Shown one piece after another: positions 50,470-63,518 of a DNA stretch of 64,000 bases. Source of the DNA: Chiloscyllium plagiosum. Lineage: Eukaryota. The notes beneath the pieces are model-generated. The model was not told where the DNA came from and made no database searches. It saw nothing but the letters and a program-made list of their open reading frames with translations. The DNA is taken from the NCBI RefSeq assembly GCF_004010195.1, contig NC_057720.1, positions 11,528,103 through 11,592,102 on the forward strand. Reading direction: 5' to 3'. The position numbers were made by a program, and so were the translations under genes. Position 1 is the stretch's first letter. Each line of letters opens with the position of its first letter.

Positions 50470-53400
50470 GGGATGGCAAGTCAGCTCAACTAAGTAGAGT
50501 GCAGATTGGTACATGTGACATTATGGACGCAGTGTGTCCCAGATGAACGCGTCTGCGGGATGTGCCACCAACTGTTCAAGCTTCATCTCCATGTACTGGA
50601 ATGTGAATCACTGTTGTCCATCTGCAAAGCAGGGGGACTATGTGCACAGCATGTTTAGGGAGGTGGTCACTCAGAAGGTTAGCAACATACACACAGTGAG
50701 GGAATGAGTGAGTATCGGGCAGTGTAAGAAAACCAGGCAGGCAGCACTGGAGACCTCCAAGTGTATCTTGCTTGCTAACATATTGTGGACACAGTTAAAA
50801 ATCACACACCAGGTTATGGTCCAACAGGTTTATTTGAAAGTACAAGCTTTTGGAGCCCTGCCCCTTCGTCAGATAGCTACCTGAAGAAAGAGCAGCGCTC
50901 CGAAAACTTGTACTTTCAAACAAACGTGTTGGACTATAACCTGGTGTTGTGCGATTTTTAACTTTGTCCACCTCAGTCCCAACACCGGCTCCTCCACATC
51001 ATTGTAGATACAGTAAGGCGATGGTTCCTCAGGAGAGTGTACCGAGGGAGAAGTCAGCACCGTGGACAGCTCAGTTGCACAGTGGACGGGGGTGAGGAAG
51101 CAGAGAAAAACAATGGTGTTCGGGAATTTCTTAACCGGGGGACCCGGCTGGCGGGATGTTGCAGAGCAGCTGCAGAACATTCAGGGGGAGCAGAGTCAGC
51201 CAGAGGTCATGGTCCACGCTGGTCGAAATAACTTAGATAGGAACTGAGACAAGTTTCAGGAAACAGATTTCAAGGAGACTGAAAGGCGGGCACTCTAATT
51301 TCAAGGTGACTCCTTGAGCTGTTGAACATGCGTTGGAAAGTGGTGTCTGAGGGAGGACATCAGATTTCTGAGGCATTGGGACCCATTCTGGGGAAGGTGG
51401 GGGTCTGTACAAGAAACAAATTCACAGCAGGGAACAGGAAGCTGAAACTTATTAAGTGACTGAGAGACATAGAAAGCAGGGGTTAACAACGTACAGCACT
51501 GGAGGTTGGCGGCATTAAAATGTAAATAGAAGGAAAATTGTGAATAAAACTGATGAGCTAAGGGCTCAGGCAGACACATGGCAGCATGATATAAATGCTA
51601 CCAAGGAAACTTGGCTTAAACAGAGGCCAGGATGGCAGTTTCTGTATTTAGCGTTTTCAGACAGAATAGAGAAGGAAATAATTAAGGTAAGTGTGTTAGA
51701 TGTTAAAGAATCCAAGGATTGCTGTGAGGAGAGATGATACGCTGCAGGATCATATGATACAGGAACAGGAGTAGGTTATTCAGGCCCTCCAGCCAACTCT
51801 GCCATTCAATAGAATCATAGCGGATCCAAAACTCCTCACATCCACTTCCCTGCCCTTTCCCTAAAACCTCTGATTCTCGAAATGAAGCACTGAATGAGGC
51901 CATATCATTAAGCTTAGACACCAAAAAAAGGAGCAGTGGTTAGTGCTGCTACCTCACAGCACCAGGGGCCCAGGTTCGATTTCACCATCAGGCGGCTGTC
52001 TTTGCACATTCTTCCCGAGTCTGCGTGAGTTTCCTCCAGGTGTTCCAGTTTCCTCCCACAATCTGAAGATGTGCCGGTTAGGTGGATTGGCCAGGCTAAA
52101 TTGCCCCGTATTGACCAGGGATGTGCAGGTCAGGTGGATCAGCCATGGGAAATGTGGGATTACAGGGATAGAGTAGGGGTTGGGTCTGGATGGGATGCTC
52201 TTTGGAGGGTCAGTGTAGACTTGATGGTCTAAATGGCGTCATTCCACAGCGTGGGGATTCTATAATTCACGATACTAGGTATGTACAAGTGGCGGGGTGG
52301 GGTGGGGGGGAACCAAATATGTAGGTATATTTCTGTGTGAAATAACAATAGGATAATAACAGCTGAACACTCAATTAGCAACCTGGGTACAAGCAATGTA
52401 AAAGGTACAGAGCCCCCACCAAATGACTGAACTTCAAGCAGAAAGCGTATCAGAGCTGTACATGTTAAGTTGTCTGCGAATACAGAAAATGAGGGAAGGG
52501 TTCAAAATGGGTATTTTTGCCCCTGTCTTCACAAAGGAGGGAAAGGATGCAGACATTCTAGTTAAAGAGGATGAATGTGAAATGCTAGATAAAATAATCA
52601 GAGTGAGAAGAAAGTCCTTAATGGAATTACCTACTTGAAAGTGGATAAATCACTGCAGCTGATTGAATTATACTCTTAAGTGTTAAAGGAAGCCAGGGAG
52701 AAAATATTTTCTAATCCTCAATAGATGCAGGCAAGGTACCAGCTGATTGGAGGTCGATGAACATTGTAGCATTATTCAGAAAGGGAATGAGGGATAGATC
52801 AAATAATTATAGACTGGTCAGTTTGATCTCATTGGTGGGCAAATTGCCAGAACCAATACCTGGGCCTGTTACTTGGGAGAAGTATAGGTTAATCAGGGAT
52901 AGCATGGTTTTGATCAAAGATTACTAATGTAATTGCAAATTTTGAGAAAGTAGTGAATTGAAGGAGTGGAGGTTGATGAGGGCAATGCTGTAGTTGCTGT
53001 CTACATGGATTTTAAAAAGGCATTTAACAAGATCCCACATGGTCAGAAAGAAATTAATGCCTGTGGTGTGCTGCAGAATGTGGTGAGGTAGATCTAAAAC
53101 TGACTCAGTGACAAGAAATAAAGGGTAATGGTCAGTGGATTTTTTTTTGTAAATGGAAAGCAGTTTCCAATGATGTTCCACAGGGTTCAGTGTTGGGTCC
53201 CTCGCTGTACATGATATAAATTAATGATTCAGATTTGAATTGGGAGATATGAATGGGACATTGGTAGACAATACAGTTAGCCTGGTCATTGTTACTGAAG
53301 ATAGCTGTCATTTGCAGTAAGGTATCAGTGATTGAGTGGGAAAAATAGTGGCAAATAGATTTCAATCCAGAGAACTGTGACATGATGCATTTGAGGAGAT

Positions 53401-53950
53401 CAAACAAAATAAGGAATACCCAATAAACAGGAGATGTTGAGCAAGCAAGAGACTTTGAGTGCATGTCCACACATCACCATAGGTGGCAGGACAGGTAGAT
53501 AAGATGCTAAAGCAAGCAAATTGAATGCTTTATTGAACAAGGTATTGAATACAAGAGCAGGACTCTAATACTTGAACTGTTTCAGACACAGATTAGAGCA
53601 CAGTTGGAGTTTTGAGGTGTTTCTGGTCACATCATGGGAAGGACATATTTACTGAAGAGAGGGTTTACAAAACATGCCAGGCCTTTGAATTTGCAGCAAT
53701 AATGAAAAATTAGATATCCTTGGAACAGTGGAAGACTAAAAAATAATGAGGGTTTTGGATAGGAAAACCTGTTTCCCTGATCGGACATGTCAATTTCTAG
53801 TGGGCACAGATATCAGGAGGATGGTGGAAGGATGATAGGGTTCATGAAGAAAGATTTCTCTCACCCCGGGGCTGGTGGGTGTCTGGAATTTGCTGCCCAG
53901 TTTGGAGGCTGAGGTGGAAAACCTCAACTCATTAAAAGTGAACTTGGAAG
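50470..53950 (+). mobile_element. Highly decayed CR1 LINE (ORF1 and ORF2 remnants) with nested insertions
   Basis: GEQSQPEVMVH.G.N (esterase), NKTDELRAQ..TW..DI.A..ETWL (APE), AV.AVYMDF.KAF.K.PH, VPQGSVLGP (RT). Nested HE1 at ~51934-52265. Confidence 0.7.
50796..51000. mobile_element. Palindromic hammerhead mini-element (family 2)
   Basis: Opposed motifs: + tac-CTGAAGA-a-agagc agc gctcc-GAAA-ac-TT-gta and - tat-CTGACGA-a-ggggc agg gctcc-aaaa-gc-TT-gta. Flanking repeat attgt(g/a)ga(c/t)acagt at 50782-50795 and 51001-51014. Confidence 0.8.
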
Positions 53951-55920
53951 CTGCCCAGTGCTATCAGGGGGAGTTAGAATAAATGTCTCAGGACAAGTGG
54001 TGGCAGAGTGGCTTTGTCACTCATCCTGGTAATCCTGAACCCCAGGCTAATATTTTGGGCATGTGAATTCAAATCCCACCATAGCAGATAGTAATGTTTG
54101 AACTGAATAACAATCTGGGATTGAACATCCTTAGGGAAGGAAATCTCACATTCCTACCTGGTCTGGCCTACATGTCACTCCACACTCACAGTAATGTGAT
54201 TCTTAACTGTCCCTTGGAAGATTAGGGTGGGTAATAAATGTTGGCCTAACCAGTGATACTCATTCATGCATGAATTTGTTAGAGGTTCTATCAGTGACAC
54301 AGAGTTAATGACCAAATGGCTTCTTTCTGGTATTGTCATTTTCACGTGGGATTATATTGTCGTTGCTTCACTGTTGCAGGGTAAAAATCCTGGAATTCCT
54401 TTCTTAACAACATCACTTTCTCAAGGCTAATTAGGGATGAGCAATGAATGCTGGTCTTGCTAGTTGCTCCTACATTCTTATAAGAGTAAGATGTAGGTTT
54501 TAGATTAGATTAGATTAGATTACTTACAGTGTGGAAACAGGCCCTTCGGCCCAACAAGTCCACACTGCCCCTTTCTCAAGGCTAATTAGGGATGAGCAAT
54601 GAATGCTGGTCTTGCTAGTTGTTCCTACATTCTTATAAGAGTAAGCTGTAGGTCTGACAGCTATTGAACCTAGTCCACTTTTCAATCAAAGCAGGGTCGA
54701 ACATTTCTCTTAATTCAATTTACCATACCTATCCTTATTTCCCTTGATTTTTTTCTGCTGCCCCAAAATGTATTGATTGCAGAACTGCTCTGCAGGGGGA
54801 GAGAATTCCATAGGTTCACAAGTCACTGAGTGAAGGAATTTCACCTCATTTCAGTTCTAAATGGCCAAAGCACCATTGTGAGATAAGAACACCCTACCCT
54901 AGACAATGTGATGAAGGGAAACTGTCTCTCAACACCTTCCTTATCAACATTGAGTCACAGTCATAGAGTCATACAGCATGGAAACAGACTCTTCGGTCCA
55001 ACCTGTCCATGCCGACCATAACTCCAAACTAAATTAGTCCGACCTGCCTGTACTTGGCCCATATCCCTCCAAACATCTTTTACACATGTACTTATCCAAA
55101 TGTCTTTTAAACATTGTAACTGTCCTGTTTGAGAATTTTATACATTTCAATGAGATCACCACTTAGCACTTGCAAATGCCACAGAATATAGGCCCATTTT
55201 CTCTTGGGCCTCATCATAGAACATCAGGATCAATCTGAGTGAACTATCATTGCTCCCCTTCAATGAATGTCCTCCCTTATGTAAGTAGGCCAAAACTATG
55301 TAGAGTGTTACAAGTATGGTCTCACCAAAGTCCTGTATAACTGAAGGGCCAGAGATGGAAATCATGGAGTCTAGTACTTCTCGAACCCTCCCTTTTAACC
55401 CTTAACAGCTTGTGTCTGGCACCTTTAAGATACCATTTGGCTCCCACGGGATGATGCAACACAGAAGGAGGCGATTCAGCCAATCGAGTGTGCACCAACA
55501 CAAATCCAGTCAGCCATTTTTTAAAATGAATTCATGGGATGAGGGTGTTGCTGGTTTGGTCAGCATTTTATTGCCCATCCCTAATTGTCCCTGAGGGCAG
55601 TTAAGAGTCAATCTCATTGTTGTGGGTCTGGAGTCACATGTAGTCCAGACCAGGTAAGGATGTCAGTTTCCTTCCCTGAAGGATATTAGTGAACCAGATG
55701 GGTTTTTCCAACAGTCAGCAATGGATTCATGGTCATCATTAAACTCTTAATTCCAGATGTTTTAAATTTTATATCTAATGGATATGGTAAATAGGCGTGG
55801 TCTTTTTCCTGGGTAGAGGGCATACGTTTAGAGTGAGAGGGGAAGATTTAAAAGGGACCTAAGAGGCAACTTTTTCACACAGAGGGTGATCTGTCTGTGG
55901 AATGAGCTGCCAGAGAAATG

Positions 55921-56965
55921 GGGACCTTGGATTCATGTCACACTACAGGTCACCCCACTATACTATACACACTCTTGCTCTTTCTCTCTCTCTCTCTCTT
56001 ACACACACACACATCTTTCATACTCAAAGCCCTCTCTCATATGCTCACATACACTCCCCCAGTCAAACCCATTCACGCACCCTCTCACAGACATATACCC
56101 CATTACACTCACAGACACACACTCTCTCACACTCACAATCCCCCACACACACACCCACGTGCACACACTCACTTGGTCTCCCCTGCGCACACACATAAAT
56201 GTTTACAGGGTGAATTTGTACTTGCAGAAATACATTTTATTTTGCTCAAAAACTGCATTAATCCATGCAAGATTCTGTAACTCCCACTTTAGAAATAGAA
56301 TCAGTCTGACCTAACATTATGACACAGACAGACTTTAACTTCACACCTTCAATGCATTATCTGAACTGAAATGGCACCTTTTGTTAAAATTGATTTGGAG
56401 CCAATTATTAAAGTTCACTTGAGAATGTAACTTCAAAACAGTAGTGAAATTTAAATTTGAAAGAATTGAAACCAACATGTTCATTCTAAAAGATGAGTGA
56501 CTTAACAAACAATCCAGGTCTTTTTCACTATATAATTTTAGTTACATCACACTGTAAACCTTTGCTATAAGTTCTGTGTCTTATGATCTTATACTCCACA
56601 ACCACCTAATGAAGGAGCAGCACTCCGAAAGCTAGTACTTCCAAATAAACCTGTCGGGCAATAACCTGGTGTTATGTGATTGTTAACCTTTTGTTAAAAG
56701 CTATCTTGAGAAAGTAACTTTAAAAAAGTTCTGGGATTTACATATGAAGGAACCAAAACTAACATGGTCATTCTAAAAGATGAAAGACTTAAGCTAAATT
56801 TGTTTAATATTACATTCCATGACACTGCAATCCTGTTGCTATAAAGTCTGTGTCTTATTATTCTGCTCCACAACCACCTGATGAAGAAGCAGTGCTTTGA
56901 AAGCTAATGCTTCCAAATACTGTACAGTCCTGTTGGACTATAACCGGGCGTGATTTTTAACTTTA
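55921..56965 (+). mobile_element. Penelope-like element 3' end (family 2) with CA/CT-rich UTR and tandemly duplicated terminal repeat
   Basis: ORF end DLGFMSHY; (CA)/(CT)-rich tract 55965-56195; two ~280-300 bp repeats, each with a hammerhead motif (~56601-56637, ~56873-56908). Confidence 0.7.
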
Positions 56966-57494
56966 AAAAACTGTGTAAGAAGAAAATATAAATAATTTGT
57001 TGAGCAAAAATCAATTTGAAACCAATAAATTAATAAGCTGAAAATGAATAATTAATTAAAATATATCAAGCAGCTGAGCTAACTAGTAAAAGGTTTTTTT
57101 GTGTTTTTTTAAAATTCATTTTTGGGATGTGGGTGTCCCTGACTGGGTCCAGCATTTATTGCACATCCCTAGTTGCCCCTTGAGAAGGTGGGGGTGAGCT
57201 GCCTTCTTGAACCGCTGAAGTCCACCTGCTGTGGGTTGACCCACAATGCCATTAGGGAGAGAATTCCAGGATTTTGACCCAGCGACACTGAAGGAACAGT
57301 GATATGCTTCCAAGTCAGGATGGTGAGTGGCTTGCAGGTGATCTTGCAGGTGGTGGCGTTCCCACGTATTTGCTGTTCTTGTCCTTCTAGATGGAAGTGG
57401 TCGTGGGTTTGGAAGATGCTGCCTGAGGATGTTTGGTGAATTTTTTGCATGAGAAGCATTGTTAGAGGGAGACAACACCTCAAATTAATAAAGA

Positions 57495-57797
57495 ATTGAG
57501 GATGCTGGAAATCTGAAACTAAACAAAAACAGAAATAACTGGAGAAACTCAACAGGTTTGGCAGCATCTGTGAAGAGAAATCAGCATTAACAGATTGAGT
57601 CCAGTGACCCTTCCTCAAAATTAAGCCCCAAGTCATGGTCCCTCCAGAGGAGGATGGAGTCAGGGGCTGAGCTAAGGAGCTATAGCTTAAACCTAATTGA
57701 ACTAAAATTCTGAAGGAGGGTCACTGAACCTGAAACATTAACTCTGTCTCTCTCTCTCCACAAATACTGAGTTTCTCCAGCAATTTCTGTTTTTATT
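57495..57797. mobile_element. Palindromic mini-element (family 3) with ~90-bp central spacer
   Basis: aaaaacagaaataactggagaaactca / tgagtttctccagcaatttctgttttt arms; ctgaaggagggtcactgaacctgaaacatt degenerate core. Confidence 0.65.
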
Positions 57798-59792
57798 TAA
57801 AGTTTAATTAACACTGATTTTGTGTAATCTTTGGTGGCGTTCACTCAAACCGGACACAGCAGAACTCCTACAGAAGTGGGTATTAGTAGTTTTCAGGTTG
57901 CCTTTCAGCTTGCGTTCTGTCTGTATGTCGGGTTTATAAACTAATTATGAGCCGTGACTATTTCCAGCAACTCCCCTCTCGTGACATTACCATGAAGGAC
58001 TCTCTTTCTCAACCTCTCCCCTCGCCTGAGGCATGATGACCTTCAGCTTAAACCACTACCAGTCGTCTCTGTCGAATGGGAAAGCAACCCAATGGTTCAG
58101 CAGGACTACCCTGACCTTTGCTGTTAGGAGTTGCAAAGTACCTGAACTGCAACATGAAACGACAAGCTTTGACAGGAACATGGGTTTTTCTCTCCTGAGC
58201 TTTCTGCAGGAACCTGCTTAAAGGTTGATTTTGTTTCTCAGTCTCGAGACATTGTTCCTGCCCTTCATTAAATGATTACTTGTTTCTTAAACAAAAGACT
58301 CAACTATTTATTGGCCACACAATAACTTGAACAGAGAGAAACAAAATTAAACAAAGTAAGCTGATTAATGCCTGTGCTTTGTATAATTTACACATGTCAA
58401 CTGTCGGCATTGTATAATCTTGTAAATATTATCGCAACGCAATTAAAAATCTTCCAGCTTAAACACTAAACCAGAGCTTTGTAAATAACTTTTGAATAAT
58501 GAAGCAATTCTTTCCTTACAACTGCTTCCTATTTTTGGCGCCTCATTAATCTAGACTATTTTGGGAAGTTCAGGATGAGTTTTCAGCAGTTTCAAACTGA
58601 TCAATTGTTTCAAATTTTGGTTCTTGCAGCAAGTTGGGGTAAAAATAGGTTTTGGTGGTCTCGCGTTGTTGTGAGTAAGGGTCATTAATTTTGAACCCTG
58701 CCCCCACCAGCACCCATTGAGGTGTAAAAGGCTGTCTAATTTTGATCATTGTAACATTACACTGAGGCAATCCCACCTCTGCATCTTTGTCCTAGGAGTT
58801 GCATGTAGGCTCTGGACAGAGCAAGAGGCTGATCAAGGCACTGAGAGGTGTGAGTGTGAGGGAGTGGGAGAAACACTGCTGTGGTAGGTCTCCTGGGCAA
58901 CTGATAATTCAGATGCAGTGTTCAGTGGCTTTGTTGAATCAGGGACAACCGCCTAGTTTCAAAGACAGGACTGTCACCTTGCCTGTGGACCTGACAGTCT
59001 GCCCCTTGCACAAACGGACAAGATGTTCTACATACAAACGTAAGAAACAGGTGGAGTAGCTGATCTGGCCTGTCAAGTCAGCTCCACCATTCAATAAGAT
59101 CATGGCTGATCTGTTCCTGGACTCAGTTCCACTTACCCGCCCGCTCACCATAACATTTAATTCCTTTATTGTTCAAACATCTATCAATATTTGTCTTAAG
59201 TACATTCAAGCAGTGCCACTATTTAAGAAATGTGGTAAGGAAAAGACAGGAAAATGTAGACCAGTAACTCTGATGTCAGTGGTGGGCAAGTTATTAGAGG
59301 GAATCCTAAGGAGTAGGATTTACATATATTTGGAAAGACAAGGACTGATTAGGGATAATCAAAATGGCTTTGTGCATGGGAAATCATGTCTCACTAACTT
59401 TGTTGAGTTTTTTGAAGATGTAACAAAGAGGATTGATGAGGGCAGAACTGCGGACATGATATATATGGACTTCAATAAGGCGTTCGACAAGGTTCCTCGT
59501 GGTATACTGGTTAGTAAGGTTACATCTCATGGAATACAGGGAGAACTAGCCATTTGGATACAGAACTGGCTCAAAGGTGGAAGACAGAGGGTGGTGGTGG
59601 AGGGTTGCTTTTCAGACTGGAGGCCTGTGACCAGTGGAGTGCCACAAGGATTGGTGCTGGGTCCACTGCTTTTTGCCATTTACATAAATGATTTGGATGT
59701 GAACATAAGAAGTATAATTAGGAAGTTTGCAGATGTCACCAAAGTGGGTGGTGCAGTGGACAGCGAAGAAGGTTATCTCAGAGTACAATGGG

Positions 59793-60408
59793 GAGAAAGT
59801 GAGGTCTGCAGACGCTATCTACTGCATCCGCTGCAGCCGGTGTGGCCTCCTCTATATTGGCGAGACAGGCCGCCTACTTGCGGAGCGATTCAGAGAGCAC
59901 CTCTGGGCCACCCGGACGAACCAACCCAATCACCCTGTAGCACAGCATTTCAACTCCCCCTCCCACTCCACCGAGGATATGCAGGTCATTGGACTCATCC
60001 ACCGCCAAACCACAACAACGCGACGGTCGGAGGAGGAGCGTCTCATCTTCCGACTGGGAACCCTCCAACCACAGGGGATGAACTTGGACCTCACCAGTTT
60101 CTTCATCCCCCCTCCCCCCACCTTGTCTCAGCCGAATCCCTCCAGCCCGGCACCGCCTTCCTGACCTGCAGTCTTCTTCTTGACCTCTCCGCCTCCATCC
60201 TACTCCGACCTATCACCCTCACCTTGACCTCTTTCCACCTATCACATTTCCAACGCCCCTCCTCCAAGTCCCTCCTCCCTACCTTTTATCTTCTCCTGCT
60301 GAACACTCTCTGCTCATTCCTGAAGAAGGGCATGTGCCCGAAACGTCGAATCTTCTGTTCCCTAGATGCTGCCTGACCTGCTGTGCTGTTCCAGCAATAA
60401 AGTTTCAG
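59793..60408 (+). mobile_element. 5'-truncated Penelope-like element: GIY-YIG endonuclease, 3' UTR and hammerhead terminal repeat, with a short inverted 5' piece
   Basis: IYCIRCSRCGLLYIGETGRLLAERFREHL...VAQHFNSPSHS..DMQVIGL...EEERLIFRLGTLQPQGMNLD; 16-bp TSD ctcagagtacaatggg at 59777-59792 and 60409-60424. Confidence 0.93.
60316..60351 (+). ncRNA. Minimal type I hammerhead ribozyme motif (best-preserved copy)
   Basis: Stem I ATTC(60316-19)/GAAT(60348-51), core CTGAAGA, stem II GGGCA-TG-TGCCC, GAAA, palindromic ACGT stem III, predicted cleavage after GTC (60347). Confidence 0.75.
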
Positions 60409-62699
60409 CTCAGAGTACAATGGGCCAAGGAGTGGCAGATGGAGTTTAATTGAGATAAATGTGAGGTGTTGCATTTTGGAAAGGCAGCACAGGACGTATA
60501 CACTTTATGATAAGGTCCAAGGGAGTGTTGCTGAACAAAGAGACCTTGGAGTGCAGGTTCATAGCTCCTTGAAAGTAAAGTTGCAGGTAGATAGGATAGT
60601 GAAGAAGGCGTTTGGTATGCTTTCCTTTATTGGTCAGAGTATTGGGTACAGGAGTTGGGAGGTCATGTTGTGGCTGTACAGGACATTGTTAGGTCACTGT
60701 TGGAATATTGCGTACAGTTCTGGTCTCCTTCCTATCGGATGGATGTTGAGAAACTTGAAAGGGCTAAGAAAAGATTTACAAGGATGTTGCCAGGGTTGTA
60801 GGATTTGAGCTATAGGGAGAGGCTGAATAGTCTGCGGCTGTTTTCCCTGGAGTGTCAAGAGGCTGAGGGGTGACCTTATAGAGGCTTATAAAATCATAAG
60901 GGATATGAATAGGGTAAATGGACAAGGTCTTTTTTCCCCAGAGTGGGGGAGTCCAGAACTTGAGGGCACATGTTTAAGGCGAGAGAGGAATTATTTAGAA
61001 GAGGCAACCTTTTCAGGGTGGTGCATGTATGGAATGAGTTGCCAGAGGAAGTGGTGGAGACTGGTACAATTACAGCATGGAAAAGGCATCTGGATGGATA
61101 TGTGAGGTAGGAAGGGTCTCGAGGGATATGGGCCAAATGCTGGCATGTGTGACACGATTTATTTAGGATATCTGGTTGGCATGGTCGAGTTGGACTGGAG
61201 GGTCCGTGCTGTACATCTCTATGACTCTATGGTTCTATGAGGTAGCCTCAACTGCCTAACTGGGCAGGGAATTGCACAGTTTCACAACCCATTGGGTGAA
61301 GAAGTTCAAAATGCAATGACTACAATTTGCTCATGGGGCACTGGGCATCCTGAGATTTTGCAGCACTCAACTGTTACCCCCAAGGTGTGGAGTGGTCACT
61401 TGAGAGGGGGACAGTGCTGCCCAAAGGGACCAGTGATTAGCTCCATCTGCAACCCAGTCTACTTGGCCAGGATAACTTCAGCAAGGCTTCCTTGCTTGTA
61501 CACTGTAACTGTTTGCAGTAAGGATAAACATCCCTCTTGCCTTTCAAACTGCTTGCTGTGGCCGTTAGTCAGCATTGTTGGAACCTTCATGGATTTTTCA
61601 TTTTTTTAAATTTTTCTTCTTTAATAAATTTTGAATCATGAGCAGGAAATGACGTGTGGACTTTGGGACAGCTTTAAAAGAAAAAGAACAGACTAAACAA
61701 ACTTTGTTTGGGAGGCAAGGCCTGGAGGCTAAATGCAGGTTTAGCTGTAATTAAAAGGGTTCTAATGAACATAGCAACCACCACCCTCCAACACCACCCC
61801 CCCACCCCCACCCCTAGCACCAGCTCCTCCAGGAGAGTTCTGTCTAAACAGATAGCAGAAGTTGGTTATTAATGAGGTCAGTAGATAGGAATTGGTCCTG
61901 GCAAGTCTGGAAGTGACCTCATGTTCCAGCAGATGGCAGTGTGGAGTTGTAACTGAGACCCCAGAAAGAACAGATCAATCTATCAGGGAGGAACCAGAAT
62001 TGAAGCTTTGCTTTCTGAGATGGTTCAGGGCTGCTGCTGCTGAGACAGCATGAAGATTTGGAAGCTTCCTGCCTGATACACGTTCTGTAGGAGCCCCAAA
62101 GAGTAAAGAGCTGAGGTAGAAGTATTGCTGCCTGTGCCTGGGTGAACTGAGAAGGTGACCCGAATCAGAGTTGCAGAGAAAACCAGCCAAGGAGTTCACA
62201 TTTATCCATCGGTATAACACATTGAGAAGGACATTTAAGTAAGCTGGCCAGCTTTGTTATCTTCCTTTATTTCTCCCTTAACAGTGTTTGTTTTTCTGTC
62301 TTTTATGTGAATGAGACTGAAAACAAATACTTTAGGTTTAAAGCACAACAGATATTAATTAACTTACTGTGTTGTCCAATTTTCTCACTGCTAAAGTTAT
62401 TGTGTTTCTCATAAATCTTTAAGTTTTTTTGTTTAAGATAGAGAACCAGTGTCTGTAAATTAATTATTCACAAAGTCTGGGATTGCTTATTCAGTCTGGT
62501 TAGACTTGGGAGTCTTCAACAGTTTAATTTTAATGTGTTGCAAATACAGAGATGGAAAGGCTGATTTGATCCGGTTGTCTGTCTTTGTGCACAACAGACC
62601 TCAAGTCTCTCTAACACCAACATCTACACATTTACACCTTTCAAAAACTATTCTGCTTTTCTATTCTTCCTAGCAAAGTAAATATTTAACACAACCCAC

Positions 62700-62977
62700 A
62701 CGGACAGCATGGTGGTTAGCACTGCTGCCTCAGCGCCAGGGACCCAGGCCTGATTCCAGCCTCGGGTGACTGTCTGTGAAGTTTGCACATTCTCCCTGCA
62801 TTTGCATGGGTTTCCTCTGAGTGCTCTGGTTTCCTTTCCACAGTCCAAAGACGGATTGGCTGTGCTAAATTGCCCATGTGTCCAGGGATGTGTAGGCTAG
62901 GTGGGCTAGCCATGGGAAAAGTGCAGGGTTACAGGTGTGGGTCTGGGTGGGATGCTCTTCAGAGGGATTCTATAATT
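62700..62977 (+). mobile_element. HE1-type SINE
   Basis: ggttagcactgctgcctcagcgccagggacccagg...gattccagcctcgggtgactgtctgtg. Confidence 0.85.
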
Positions 62978-63518
62978 CTTCATGACACTCCATCCATCAC
63001 CTAACTGCTCCGTTTCCCTGGGCAGCTTCTTTACCCTCCCTCATTGCTTATTTTCTCACCTCACTCTGTACCTTCAGCAAACCTGGAAACTTCACACCTG
63101 GTCCTCTCATCTAAGTCATTGACACAATATTTTATTTTCACATCCATGGGATGTGGTCATCGATGGTTAGGCCAGCATTTGTTGCTCATCCCCAAATTCT
63201 CCTGAAAATGTGATGGTCTTCATGACATGGAAACATGAGAAAATAGGAGGAACTATAGGTCTTTCAGCCCATTTCAATACAATCATAACTGCTGATTTAA
63301 CTCAGTACCCTCTTTCAACTTTCATTCTATGCCCTTTGCACTTGTTTAATCCTAAGAACTATATTCATAGAAATTCATAGAATCCCTGCAGTGTAGAAAC
63401 AGGCCATTTGGCCCAATAAGTCCCCACCTACCCTGCAGTTTTGATCTTATTTGGGGAAGGAGGTTCTGGCCAATGGACAGAGTTCAACAAAGGTTTCCCA
63501 GCCTGATTTCTGGGATGG

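Larger units (their letters stand above)
59211..61240 (+). mobile_element. HER1/CR1 LINE RT and 3' end, interrupted by a Penelope insertion
   Basis: VPLFKK..K...CRPVTLMSVVGKLLE, DMIYMDFNKAFDKVP, SGVPQGLVLGPLLFAIYINDL, KFADVTK; tail ctctatgactctatg. Confidence 0.9.

Noticed and set aside
55886..56314. His/Thr-rich ORFs
   Set aside because: Translations of a degenerate (CA)n/(CT)n tract in a Penelope 3' UTR.
59102..60376. 424-aa ORF that looks like a novel RT fusion gene
   Set aside because: Chance read-through from an inverted LINE tail into a CR1 RT fragment (catalytic DD mutated to DV), then out of frame into a TSD-flanked Penelope insertion.
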